A DNA stretch of 64,000 nt from Gammaproteobacteria bacterium (GCA_965277715.1 OZ255836.1:3488001-3552000), one strand, 5' to 3'; numbered from the stretch's first letter, positions 32,640 through 42,762 are shown. The notes: a model not told the origin generated them from the sequence alone. Numbers and translations are program-made.

Positions 32640-32727
32640 GCCCGCTGGACACACCCTGATACACCGAGTCAAGCAAACTGGCTTATAATTTGTTGTACCT
32701 TAAAGTATTCACAGCGGGAAACTTCTT

Positions 32728-34245
32728 ATGACGACTATTCGCCAGGACGACTTTATCGACTCCATTGCCGATGCTTTGCAGTTTATTTCTTACTACCACC
32801 CACTGGACTATATCCAGGCAGTACATGAGGCTTACCTCAGAGAAGAATCGAAGGCAGCGAAGGATGCAATGGCGCAAATCCTGATCAACTCCCGCTTATG
32901 CGCTGAAGGTCATCGACCCATCTGTCAGGATACCGGCATCGTTACTGTGTTCCTGAAAATCGGTATGCGCGTGCAATGGGAGAGCACAATGAGTGTGACC
33001 GATATGGTCAATGAAGGCGTTCGCCGTGCCTACACGCACCCCGACAACCCACTGCGTGCCTCAGTACTGGCCGACCCGGCGGGCGCACGCCGAAACACGC
33101 GGGACAATACCCCCGCCGTGATCAATATGGAAGTGGTACCCGGCGATACCGTGCAGGTCGATGTCGCGGCAAAAGGCGGCGGCTCAGAGGCCAAATCCAA
33201 ATTTGTGATGCTCAACCCATCCGACAGCGTCGTCGACTGGGTAGTGAAAACTGTACCGACAATGGGCGCTGGCTGGTGTCCGCCGGGTATGCTGGGTATC
33301 GGTATTGGTGGCACCGCAGAAAAAGCCATGTTGATGGCCAAAGAGTCGCTGATGGAATCAATCGATATACAGGCCCTGCGTGAACGTGGCCCACAAACCC
33401 GTGCCGAAGCGCTGCGCCTGGAGATATTTGATGCCGTCAATCAACTCGGTATCGGTGCACAGGGGCTGGGTGGCCTAACCACTGTGGTCGACGTGAAGGT
33501 ACACGATTACCCCACGCACGCCGCCAACCTGCCGGTGGCGATGATTCCCAACTGCGCGGCGACCCGGCATACACACTTTGTACTCGACGGCAGCGGGTCT
33601 GCGCTGCAGACACCGCCCAATATCGACGACTGGCCACAAATCACCTGGGATGCCGGCCCTGATGCGCGGCGCGTTAACCTGGATACGGTAACGCGTGAGC
33701 AAATTGCCGAGTGGCAGCCGGGTGAAACAATCCTATTGTCAGGCAAGATGCTGACAGGCCGGGATGCGGCGCACAAACGTATTGCCGACTACGTCGAACG
33801 CGGCGAGGCACTGCCAAACGGTGTCGATTTCACCAATCGCTTTATTTACTATGTCGGCCCGGTAGACGCGGTACGTGATGAAGCGGTTGGCCCGGCAGGC
33901 CCCACCACCGCAACCCGCATGGATAAATTCACCGATATGATGTTAGGTCAAACCGGTTTGCTGGGCATGATAGGTAAAGCTGAGCGCGGCCCCGGCGCAA
34001 TTGAATCAATCAAACGGCACCGGGCGGTGTACCTGATGGCTGTTGGCGGTGCTGCGTATCTGGTGTCTAAAGCCATCCGGCAGGCACGGGTCATCGCCTT
34101 TGACGATCTTGGTATGGAGGCCATTCATGAGTTTGAAGTTGCCGATATGCCTGTTACAGTAGCAGTTGATAGTTGCGGCGAGTCGGTTCACCAGACTGGC
34201 CCGGCACAGTGGCAGAAAATACTCTTTGACAAACAGGCTGGCTAA
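32728..34245 (+). CDS. fumA: Fumarate hydratase class I
   Basis: ICQDTG, AKGGGSE, GWCPP, GPTTATRMD and IGKAERG. Confidence 0.95.
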   Translation: MTTIRQDDFIDSIADALQFISYYHPLDYIQAVHEAYLREESKAAKDAMAQILINSRLCAEGHRPICQDTGIVTVFLKIGMRVQWESTMSVTDMVNEGVRRAYTHPDNPLRASVLADPAGARRNTRDNTPAVINMEVVPGDTVQVDVAAKGGGSEAKSKFVMLNPSDSVVDWVVKTVPTMGAGWCPPGMLGIGIGGTAEKAMLMAKESLMESIDIQALRERGPQTRAEALRLEIFDAVNQLGIGAQGLGGLTTVVDVKVHDYPTHAANLPVAMIPNCAATRHTHFVLDGSGSALQTPPNIDDWPQITWDAGPDARRVNLDTVTREQIAEWQPGETILLSGKMLTGRDAAHKRIADYVERGEALPNGVDFTNRFIYYVGPVDAVRDEAVGPAGPTTATRMDKFTDMMLGQTGLLGMIGKAERGPGAIESIKRHRAVYLMAVGGAAYLVSKAIRQARVIAFDDLGMEAIHEFEVADMPVTVAVDSCGESVHQTGPAQWQKILFDKQAG

Positions 34246-34311
34246 ACCCTGTCCACGCAAACTAAAAATAAAATGTACAGGGCAAGAGCCCTGACAACGA
34301 GGACTCTAACC

Positions 34312-35775
34312 ATGTCAATACATGCAAACCGTGGCACTGCGATGCCCGCCGTTATTATCGCACTGTTATTAGTCGCCAGCGGTACGGGATGGACACTGTA
34401 TTACAAAAACGAGCAAATACTCGATGAAATGGCGGGCAATAAAGCGATGCTGGACAAACAAATCAACGCTAATGATGCATTGCAGGCGACTATACAAACG
34501 CTCGAATCCGACAAAATCAACGCCAAAAGCCAGATTGAAACCCTGAATAATCAGGTGGCAGCACTGGACAGCCAGGTGAAGTCCCTGGAGAGCGAGGCAA
34601 GCGATAAAGCAAAATTGCAATCTGAACTTGAGCAGGCGAATAAAAATATCCAGGCGCTAACTGGTGAGCGCGACCGGGCCAAGCAGCAAATTGGGCAAAT
34701 TGCGGAGGCGTACGATAATAGCGAAACTGCATTGGCACAGCGCACCGGGGAATACGCTGAGGCACAACAGCAAATCGCTCAACTGATACAGGAAAAAGAG
34801 GAAGCGCAACGGCAGGTAGATCAGCAGGTACAGGAAAAAGAGGAAGCACAACAGCAGATAGACCAGTTGGTACAGGAGAGAGAGGCGGCGCAACAGCAAA
34901 TAGACCAGTTGGTACAGGAGAGAGAGGCGGCACAACAGCAGATAGACCAGTTGGTACGGGAGAGAGAGGCGGCACAACAGCAGATTGCCCAGTTGATGCA
35001 GGAGAAAGATGGTCTCGGCAACACATTGGCAGAGCGTACGGGCGAGTACGAGGCGGCCCGGCAACAAATTATCGCGCTTGGCGAGCAGCGCGATGAAGCC
35101 CTGGCGTCTGATAAACGCGGTCGTCAGGAGCTGGCTGAACTGGTGGTACAAATGGAGTCCAGCCAGCAGAACAGTGAAGCGTACCGCGAACAACTCGACT
35201 CGGCCCGCCGGGAACTGGACACCACCAGCGAACAGACCAGCACACTGATCAAGCGCCTACAGGCACTGAAAGCCGAACGGGAAAAAGAACAGCAGGCATT
35301 TAATCAATTGCGTGAAAAACTCAAAGAAGAGCTGGGCAAAAACAGCGTCAATATCGAACAGAAACGCAACCAGCCCACCATTATTCGTTTGCAGGGTGAT
35401 GTGTTGTTCAGCAGTGGCTCTGCACAACTGTTACCCTCGGCACAAGCGGCATTGGCCAGTATTGGCGATGTACTGCAACAATACCCGGATCGACGTATCC
35501 AGGTCGAAGGCCACACAGACAACATACCCATTGTAAGCAGCATACGTTACCCCACCAACTGGGAGCTGTCCTCGGCGCGTGCCGGTTCAGCCGTGCACTT
35601 TTTGATTGAACGCTCGAAAATTGATCCGCATCGCCTACAGGTTACCGGTCTGGGTGAATACAGCCCTATTGTCGACAATGCCACAATCGAAGGGCGTGCG
35701 CGCAACCGGCGCATTGAGATTAAGCTGTTGCCCACTGAGTTGGTTGAGGTGAATGTGGAGAGTGTGGGGGATTAG
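34312..35775 (+). CDS. Membrane-anchored coiled-coil protein with C-terminal OmpA/MotB peptidoglycan-binding domain
   Basis: N-terminal TM, long Q/E coiled coil, VEGHTDN, NWELSSARA and RARNRRIEI; ATG 34312 with GAGGA RBS. Confidence 0.88.
   Translation: MSIHANRGTAMPAVIIALLLVASGTGWTLYYKNEQILDEMAGNKAMLDKQINANDALQATIQTLESDKINAKSQIETLNNQVAALDSQVKSLESEASDKAKLQSELEQANKNIQALTGERDRAKQQIGQIAEAYDNSETALAQRTGEYAEAQQQIAQLIQEKEEAQRQVDQQVQEKEEAQQQIDQLVQEREAAQQQIDQLVQEREAAQQQIDQLVREREAAQQQIAQLMQEKDGLGNTLAERTGEYEAARQQIIALGEQRDEALASDKRGRQELAELVVQMESSQQNSEAYREQLDSARRELDTTSEQTSTLIKRLQALKAEREKEQQAFNQLREKLKEELGKNSVNIEQKRNQPTIIRLQGDVLFSSGSAQLLPSAQAALASIGDVLQQYPDRRIQVEGHTDNIPIVSSIRYPTNWELSSARAGSAVHFLIERSKIDPHRLQVTGLGEYSPIVDNATIEGRARNRRIEIKLLPTELVEVNVESVGD
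34789..34998 (+). repeat. Intragenic 42-bp (14-aa) tandem repeat x5
   Basis: QEREAAQQQIDQLV units. Confidence 0.9.
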
Positions 35776-35961
35776 TTTTTTACCAATACTAAAGTGAGAG
35801 GCTTTACCTGTGATTAAGCGCACGTTTCGGGCGGTGAATTCTCTACTGGTGCCAGTATAGATTTGATTTTAAAATGGGTTCTGTCGCTTGCCGACAGATT
35901 TTCTCGTGTATAGAACACAAACACTAACGTCTTACAGCAATAATTATTTGAGGGGAAAACT

Positions 35962-37785
35962 ATGGGTTGGCAAAATCGCGTACTTCGGGTCGATTTGAGT
36001 GCAGGCACTGCGATCAGTGAACCACTCAATCAGGAATGGGCGGACCACTACATTGGCCAACGTGGCCTGGCCAGTAAATATTTAATGGAGAATATGGACC
36101 CATCGGTCGATGCGATGAGCCCGGAGAACTGCCTTATTTTTGCCACTGGGCCGCTGACGGCAACCGCCGCCTCTACCAGCAGCCGCTATTCGGTGATTAC
36201 CAAAGGCCCGTTGACCGGCGCGATTGCCTGCTCTAACTCGGGTGGTCGCTTTGGTGCCGAGCTGAAAATTGCCGGTTACGATATGATTATTTTTCTTGGC
36301 CGGGCAGAAAAACCTGTCTATCTACACATTGAAGACGACCATGCCGAGCTATTGCCCGCTGATGATATCTGGGGCACCAGTGTCTGGAATACCGAGGGCT
36401 GGCTACGCAGGCAACACCAGGACCCACAGCTGAAAGTCGCCTCCATTGGCATTGCGGGCGAAGCCGGTGTGCGCTTTGCCTGTGTGATCAATGATTTGCA
36501 CCGTGCCGCTGGCCGCTCTGGCGTTGGTGCAGTGATGGGCAGTAAAAACCTCAAGGCGATTGCCGTGCGCGGCACTACCGGCGTCAGAGCCGCCCGCCCG
36601 CAAGCCTTTATGGATGCAGTGAAAACCACCAATGCTCGCCTGGCGATGAGTCCGGGGCGCAAGGAGTTTTCTGATTGGGGCACGCAGGCGATGATGGAAA
36701 CCATGAACACCTTTGGCGGCTTGCCCACGCGCAATTTTCAGGCAGTTCAGTTTGAAGGGGCCAGTAAAGTGGGGGCCGAGGCGATGTGGGAAACCACCCG
36801 TGACGGCCACCGCAATATGGTGCAAAACGCCGCCTGCTTTGGTTGCACCATCGCCTGTCAGCGCATCAGCAAGATCAACCCGAACCATTTCAGCGTGAAA
36901 GACCGACCGGAATACCATATTGCCGGCGGTGGCCTCGAATACGAATCCGGCTACGCCTTTGGTCCATTGGTGGGTGTCGACGATATCGACGCCTTGACCT
37001 TTGCCGGTTTCCTCACCAATGAACACAGCATGGACCCGATTTCTATGGGTGGCACATTGGCTGCGGCGATGGAGCTTTATGAGATGGGGGTGATTACCAA
37101 AGAGGATACTGACGGTGTGGCCTTAACCTTTGGTAGTGCTGAAGCGCTGACCGTCATGACGGAAAAAACCGGCAAGCACGAAGGTTTCGGCAAAATACTG
37201 GGCCTTGGTTCAAAACGCCTGTGTGAGAAATACGGTCACCCGGAGATTGCCATGCACGTTAAAGGGCAGGAATTTGCCGGTTATGATTCCCGTGCGTTAC
37301 AGGGTATGGGGCTGGGGTATGCGACCAGCAACCGGGGTGCCTGCCATATGAAACACGATTCCTTTGGCCCGGATATGAAAGACCAGACGGGCAGCGGCAA
37401 AGCAGAGCCAATCAAAAGTTCGCAGGATGAAATCGCCACCATCGACTCCACTGGCCTGTGTTGCTTCGCCGCCAGTGCGGGTTGGAGTCTCGACGATTAC
37501 CGGGTACTGCTGAACGCCGCCTGTGATAAAAACTGGAGCGAAGAGGATTTGCTGCGCATCGGCGAACGTATCTGGAATATCGAGAGGCGCTTTAATGAGC
37601 TGGCAGGTTTAACGGGTGCCGATGACACCTTACCCAAGCGCCTGTTGGAAACTCCGGCCCCCAGTGGCACGGCCAAGGGCCGGGTGAGCGAGCTGGATAA
37701 AATGAAAAAAGAATACTACCAACTGCGCGGTTGGCATACCGATGGCAGTATTCCCGAATCGCTCCTCAGTGAGTTAGGTATTTAA
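35962..37785 (+). CDS. aor: Aldehyde ferredoxin oxidoreductase family protein (tungstopterin enzyme)
   Basis: AAGRSGVGAVMGSKNLKA, C..C...C, EYE and SNRGACH. Confidence 0.93.
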   Translation: MGWQNRVLRVDLSAGTAISEPLNQEWADHYIGQRGLASKYLMENMDPSVDAMSPENCLIFATGPLTATAASTSSRYSVITKGPLTGAIACSNSGGRFGAELKIAGYDMIIFLGRAEKPVYLHIEDDHAELLPADDIWGTSVWNTEGWLRRQHQDPQLKVASIGIAGEAGVRFACVINDLHRAAGRSGVGAVMGSKNLKAIAVRGTTGVRAARPQAFMDAVKTTNARLAMSPGRKEFSDWGTQAMMETMNTFGGLPTRNFQAVQFEGASKVGAEAMWETTRDGHRNMVQNAACFGCTIACQRISKINPNHFSVKDRPEYHIAGGGLEYESGYAFGPLVGVDDIDALTFAGFLTNEHSMDPISMGGTLAAAMELYEMGVITKEDTDGVALTFGSAEALTVMTEKTGKHEGFGKILGLGSKRLCEKYGHPEIAMHVKGQEFAGYDSRALQGMGLGYATSNRGACHMKHDSFGPDMKDQTGSGKAEPIKSSQDEIATIDSTGLCCFAASAGWSLDDYRVLLNAACDKNWSEEDLLRIGERIWNIERRFNELAGLTGADDTLPKRLLETPAPSGTAKGRVSELDKMKKEYYQLRGWHTDGSIPESLLSELGI

Positions 37786-37810
37786 TCCGGTTTGATGCGA
37801 GTAAGATTTG

Positions 37811-38068
37811 ATGCAGCTTAGCATTACACTCGGCGGTCACTTTAAACATACCATCGTGTCTGCTGCCGGGAAAATGCGTGCATTGCAGGCGCGTGAGGCA
37901 TTAACCGTCGCGGAGGCCATACAGCACTTTTCTATTGAAAAGCGCCAGGTTGAAGTATTGGTGACCGTCGATGGCAGGAATATACCACCGGGTGAGCGCG
38001 ATGACTTTCGGCTTGCCGATGGCAATGCATTGGTAATCTCGCCCTGGTATACGCATTTGCGCATGTAA
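37811..38068 (+). CDS. MoaD/ThiS-like protein lacking the C-terminal GG
   Basis: Paralogous to the next gene (LGG..K, V.G.NIPP, L.DG); ends SPWYTHLRM. Confidence 0.6.
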   Translation: MQLSITLGGHFKHTIVSAAGKMRALQAREALTVAEAIQHFSIEKRQVEVLVTVDGRNIPPGERDDFRLADGNALVISPWYTHLRM

Positions 38069-38112
38069 TCAGCTAAGGGCATGATTTATTGCCCTTGCAA
38101 CGGTGCTATAAA

Positions 38113-38364
38113 ATGAAAATAAATATAAAGCTTGGCGGGCGATTAAAGGAGTACTTACCCAAGGCAAAAAATGGCAGTGCTGAATTTACATTGCCCACGG
38201 GTAGCAAAGTGGATGAGGCGATAAAACAATTGCGCATTAGTGAAGATATTGATGAACTACTGGTGATCGTGGCGGGTGAAAATATCCCGCCCAGTCAACG
38301 CCACAACACAGTATTGGAGGATGGGCAACTGATTAATGTGATGCCGCCGTTGAAAGGTGGTTGA
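38113..38364 (+). CDS. MoaD/ThiS-family sulfur carrier
   Basis: Ends LEDGQLINVMPPLKGG. Confidence 0.85.
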   Translation: MKINIKLGGRLKEYLPKAKNGSAEFTLPTGSKVDEAIKQLRISEDIDELLVIVAGENIPPSQRHNTVLEDGQLINVMPPLKGG

Positions 38365-38384
38365 TCAACACGAATGAATTGCTT

Positions 38385-38555
38385 GAGAGCTTCCAGAGGC
38401 TCGAAACGACGGGTAGCCCGGCGGTTGAAACGCTGAGAGAGATACGCAAGAGCGAATCCAAGCGCTTAGCTGGATGAAAACCATCGTATTGGATTCCTGT
38501 GTAGCGGCTAAGACATTTATTGATGAACCGGATTCATCTGAGGCCGTGAAACTAA
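38385..38555 (+). pseudogene. Remnant toxin-antitoxin pair: antitoxin 3' end plus PIN toxin 5' end
   Basis: ..PAVETLREIRKSESKRLAG* overlaps ATG 38474 (MKTIVLDSCVAAKTFIDEPDSSEAVKL), which is cut by the MITE. Confidence 0.6.
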
Positions 38556-38684
38556 GGAACGTGCACGAAATAACTTCCGGGGTTTGCAAATGTATCGATT
38601 TACCTTATAGCTGAGTGTGTCATTAACGCATAGCGCATTATTTAAATAACATTGTAAAAGTGGACATTGTTTTGTGTACGTTCC
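38556..38684 (+). mobile_element. MITE family A
   Basis: CTAA|GGAACGTGCACGAAATAAC...GTTTTGTGTACGTTCC. Confidence 0.8.
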
Positions 38685-38710
38685 ATATACCATTAGTTTT
38701 TATGAAAAAA

Positions 38711-38786
38711 TGGAGCTGGCGACAGGAGTCGAACCCGCGACCTGCTGATTACAAATCAGCTGCTCTACCAACTGAGCTACGCCAGC
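38711..38786 (-). tRNA. tRNA-Thr(UGU)
   Basis: GCTGGCGTAGCTCAGTTGGTAGAGCAGCTGATTTGTAATCAGCAGGTCGCGGGTTCGACTCCTGTCGCCAGCTCCA. Confidence 0.98.
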
Positions 38787-38825
38787 AATAACTTAATCCT
38801 GGCAGTAACGTAACCAGGGGGCGAA

Positions 38826-38854
38826 ATTCTACGTGCTTACGCAAACCAACGCAA
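38826..38854 (-). promoter_or_regulatory. Sigma70 promoter of tRNA-Thr
   Basis: TTGCGT-17-TAGAAT followed by a GC-rich discriminator. Confidence 0.6.
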
Positions 38855-38953
38855 TGCGTACAGCTTTTTCAATTTGCGCCATCTACTAAGCTGTACGAAC
38901 CCGGCGTTTTGTGCAAAATACGCACACACTGTCTTTATATAGAGAATACCCAC

Positions 38954-39370
38954 ATGGCTCACACCCGCATTCGCAAATTCAATACCGCCGATATGTATCC
39001 CGGCAAGGCTCTCAGTAACGATGTTTGTATGGCAGTGCGCGCCGGTAACCGGGTGTTTCTACGTGGCCAAACAGGCTTTGATCTGGATGGTCAGTTCCAC
39101 GGTGCGGGTGACCCCACTGCGCAAGCAGAGATGGCGATGCAATGTGTTAAAACGCTGCTGGAAGAGGCGGGTGCCAAGCTTGAGCACATTTGTAAGACGA
39201 CGATCTATATCACCGACCGGGCCTACCGGGAAGAGGTGTATACCGTGATTGGCAAATGGCTCGAAGGCATCCACCCCTGCTCAACCGGCCTGATTATCAA
39301 TGGCCTGGCATTACCGGAAATGGTGATGGAGATTGATGTCGAGGCGATTATCCCCGACGATGAATTGTAG
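38954..39370 (+). CDS. RidA/YjgF family protein
   Basis: MAHTRIRKFNT, VFLRGQ and PCSTGL...LA.PE...EIDV. Confidence 0.9.
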   Translation: MAHTRIRKFNTADMYPGKALSNDVCMAVRAGNRVFLRGQTGFDLDGQFHGAGDPTAQAEMAMQCVKTLLEEAGAKLEHICKTTIYITDRAYREEVYTVIGKWLEGIHPCSTGLIINGLALPEMVMEIDVEAIIPDDEL

Positions 39371-39384
39371 CTTTAGGAACAACC

Positions 39385-40539
39385 ATGCCCCCAAAGCCCG
39401 CCCAAAGCGCTGGATTAAAACGGCTGTTGGCCACGCTGCAAAGCCTGGCCGCAAAGCCGTTGAACAAGGCGACAAGTATGCCACCTGCGGTGTATACATC
39501 TGAGGATTTCTACGCGCTGGAGCAGGAAAAGATATTTAAGCAACAGTGGCTATGCGCCGGGCTTGCCGGGTCGATCCCCAGGCAGGGCGATTATTTAAGC
39601 CACCATATCGGTGGGCAGCCTGTTGTTGTGATTCGCCAGGGTGATGGCAGTATCAAAGCCTACGCCAATGTGTGTCGGCACCGGATGATGCAATTGGTCG
39701 AAGGGCAGGGTAACTGCAAGCACCTGGTATGCCCTTATCACGCCTGGACATACGGGATCGACGGGCAATTAGTGGTTGCCCCGCATATGCAGGAGCGCCC
39801 TGGGTTTGATATAAAAAGCATCGCATTGCCGTCGATTCGCTGTGAGGTGTGGGAGGGCTGGATTTACCTGACGCTAAACCCCAAAGCAAAGTCGGTAACG
39901 ACAGCGCTTAAACCGTTGCAAAAGATCGTCGCTGACTACCGCATGGCGCACTATATACCGATTGTACAGCGCGACCACGTTTGGCAGAGTAACTGGAAAC
40001 TTCTCACTGAAAACTTTATGGAGGGTTACCATTTGCCCGTTGCCCACCGCGCCACCGTCGGCCCGCACATTGGCCTTAAGGAGACGCAATTCCCCAAGCG
40101 GTTTAATCGTGCCTTTACCTATCAACTGTATACCAAAGGTAAAAAAGCGCTGGTAGGCACCGCCCACCCGGACAATAAAATTCTCCAGGGCGAGCAGCGG
40201 CGCACCTCGGTATTGCCGACTATTTTTCCGTCGCATATGATTTCACTGGCCCCCGACCATCTGTGGTATCTCTCACTGCAGCCCAAAGGGTGCGGTCAAA
40301 TTGCCATCCGCTACGGCGCGGCAATGGCGCCGGAGGTATTGGCGGCGAGTGAAGACAAAGACCAGTTGATTGCCGAGATCAGTGGCTTTCTCGATGACGT
40401 TAACGAAGAAGACCGGTTCGTCGTGGAAGGTATTTATAAAGGGGCGCAAGCGGCTCTTTCAACGCCGGGGCCGCTGTGCTGGCTGGAGCATGAAAACCAC
40501 GACTTTACCCGTTATTTGGCGGGGCAGTTGTGCACATAA
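39385..40539 (+). CDS. Rieske non-heme iron oxygenase alpha subunit
   Basis: NVCRHR..CPYHAW Rieske motif and ENFMEGYH..AH iron site. Confidence 0.92.
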   Translation: MPPKPAQSAGLKRLLATLQSLAAKPLNKATSMPPAVYTSEDFYALEQEKIFKQQWLCAGLAGSIPRQGDYLSHHIGGQPVVVIRQGDGSIKAYANVCRHRMMQLVEGQGNCKHLVCPYHAWTYGIDGQLVVAPHMQERPGFDIKSIALPSIRCEVWEGWIYLTLNPKAKSVTTALKPLQKIVADYRMAHYIPIVQRDHVWQSNWKLLTENFMEGYHLPVAHRATVGPHIGLKETQFPKRFNRAFTYQLYTKGKKALVGTAHPDNKILQGEQRRTSVLPTIFPSHMISLAPDHLWYLSLQPKGCGQIAIRYGAAMAPEVLAASEDKDQLIAEISGFLDDVNEEDRFVVEGIYKGAQAALSTPGPLCWLEHENHDFTRYLAGQLCT

Positions 40540-40573
40540 TAACGACCTTAATAAACCCTACCGGAACGATACT

Positions 40574-41251
40574 ATGACATTTTCGATCACAGGCCACTGC
40601 GCCCGCACCCATATGACCGGTGTTGCCATCACTACATCGAGCATTTGTGTCGCCAGCCGCTGCCCCTGGGTACGTGCTGGTATTGGTGCTGTCGCGACGC
40701 AAAACGTCACAGACCCCAGCCTTGGCCCAAAATTACTGGACTTACTGGCAGCGGGAAAAACCCCTCAACAGGCAATTGACACCATCACCCACGACCGTGC
40801 ATTCATCCAATACCGGCAACTCACCGTGGTTGATACACTCGGCGGAGTGGCGCACTTTACCGGCAGCGAAATTCTCGGCACCAATGCCGTCGCCACGGGC
40901 AGCCACTGTATCGCGGCGGGCAATTTACTCTCGACCACCGCCGTGCCCCAGGTAATGGTCGATCAATTTGAAGCGGGTGCCGATTTGCATTTGGCTGAGC
41001 GATTACTGCTCGCCCTAAAAGCGGGCGTGGACGCAGGGGGTGAAGAAGGGCCGACGCATTCATCTGGGGTAAAAGTCGCTTATCAGAATAGCTGGCCACT
41101 GGTTGACCTGCGCGTCGATTGGAGTGACGAGGACCCGGTTAGTGCGTTAATGGACATATGGCATGCCTATCAACCACAGATGGATGATTACACCACGCGT
41201 GCAATTGATCCGAGTGCTGCGCCTAGTTATGGTGTTCCGGGGGATATATAA
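40574..41251 (+). CDS. DUF1028 (Ntn-hydrolase-like) protein
   Basis: MTFSI, GAVATQN, AAGNLL, AGGE and DLRVDW. Confidence 0.88.
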   Translation: MTFSITGHCARTHMTGVAITTSSICVASRCPWVRAGIGAVATQNVTDPSLGPKLLDLLAAGKTPQQAIDTITHDRAFIQYRQLTVVDTLGGVAHFTGSEILGTNAVATGSHCIAAGNLLSTTAVPQVMVDQFEAGADLHLAERLLLALKAGVDAGGEEGPTHSSGVKVAYQNSWPLVDLRVDWSDEDPVSALMDIWHAYQPQMDDYTTRAIDPSAAPSYGVPGDI

Positions 41252-41858
41252 ACGGGTGGTTAGTGATGGTTCTTAGTGTGCCTTTCAATGCTGAATTGAT
41301 TGATACATAAAGCAATCTATAAGTATTGAGATTAACGTAATTGACCATTGCGTGCACATCCCTTATTTACAAAAACAACAACGCCGGATTGAGTTCGCCC
41401 TCGGTGAGCGCAGTCTGCCGCCACCCCAGCTTTACCGGTTCCGTTACCAATGTATTCCAGTATGGAACGGCAAATTCAGCGAGGTCTACCTTGGGCCGAA
41501 GCAGGTGGGTCAATGCCTGTCCGCGCAGTTCGTAGGCCTGCAATTGTACGTCGTGCCGCCCGGCATCGACCAGCAACAGGGTGTCTTGTTGCCCCTTTGT
41601 CGACCAGATGCAAGGATTAACGGATACAATGCCGTGTAAAGCAATTGCCTCTGCCGTTCTGGCGAGAAACGCATGAAATGTCGGCTGGTTCCTGGTACAC
41701 CGTCCACCTTATGTTGACGGGTTCAGGACTGCTCTGCTGCGGAGAAGCCGATCAAGCTGCGTTTTTTGTCAATTTTCCCCTCGCCTCACTCTCGCTCGTG
41801 ACGTTTTAAGGCACCCACTTACGATATAATAGACGCTACTTCTCCTATAGTTCAGAAG

Positions 41859-42737
41859 ATGCGCGCTGCCCTCATCACTTTTTTCCTGCATGTTTTCGCA
41901 AAACTACCGCTTGGATGCAATCGTCTGCTCGGGTCTTTAGCCGGTCGAATAGCCTATTGCTGCAATACGAATAGCACCCGGATAGCGGCTCGCAATCTGC
42001 AACTTTGCTTCCCTGATCAATCAACCGCTGAACGCAATCAGCTCGTACAAAGCAGTTTGATTTCCACTTTTCAATTTATATTTGAAACCAGTTCGATTTG
42101 GTTTCGTGGTGCGCAGTGGCGTAAAACACATACACTGTCGATTCACAATGAAGCGCTTTTTCAGCGCGCCCGTGAAAGTGGTCGGGGTATTTTGATACTG
42201 GTGCCACACTTTGGTAACTGGGAGTTGGCGGGTATTCACGTTTCAGAGTGGGTGAAAGGCTCAGCGATTTACCGCCCCCCCAAGATTGAACAGTTGGATC
42301 CGTTGTTTCGCAAGGCGCGCAATGTTGGCACCAGTACGTTGGTACCACCCACGGCAAAAGGGGTGATGGCGATATTAAAAGCGCTCAAGCGCGGAGAAAT
42401 GACGGTGATACTGCCAGATCAGGTGCCGATGGGTGAGGGGGGGGTATTCGCCAGTTTTTTCGGTATGCCTGCGTTTACTGTGACGCTGATTTATAAACTT
42501 ATCCAGAAAACCAATCCGGTGGTGTTGCAAGCCTACGCGATACGTCGGCAACAGGGCTTTGAGCTGGGTTTTATGGAGCCACACCCCAGTATCTACAGCG
42601 ATAATCAGCAGGAGTCTGTGGCTGGGTTAAACAAAACGGTGGAGATGTTGGTGGCATTGGCGCCTGAACAATACTTATGGGAATACAAACGGTTTAAAAA
42701 ACAACCGGGTGATGTTAGCCACTACGCTAAGCGATAG
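41859..42737 (+). CDS. Lipid A lauroyl/lysophospholipid acyltransferase family
   Basis: PHFGNWE, LPDQ, FFG and PEQYLWEYKRFK. Confidence 0.88.
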   Translation: MRAALITFFLHVFAKLPLGCNRLLGSLAGRIAYCCNTNSTRIAARNLQLCFPDQSTAERNQLVQSSLISTFQFIFETSSIWFRGAQWRKTHTLSIHNEALFQRARESGRGILILVPHFGNWELAGIHVSEWVKGSAIYRPPKIEQLDPLFRKARNVGTSTLVPPTAKGVMAILKALKRGEMTVILPDQVPMGEGGVFASFFGMPAFTVTLIYKLIQKTNPVVLQAYAIRRQQGFELGFMEPHPSIYSDNQQESVAGLNKTVEMLVALAPEQYLWEYKRFKKQPGDVSHYAKR

Positions 42738-42762
42738 CATTAACGGTTGATTTGCTATTTCA

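Noticed and set aside
30165-38364. JAB plus MoaD/ThiS as a bacterial ubiquitination defence system
   Set aside because: 7 kb apart with unrelated genes between; no E1 or E2; the JAB is RadC-type and the ThiS-like genes fit AOR cofactor maturation
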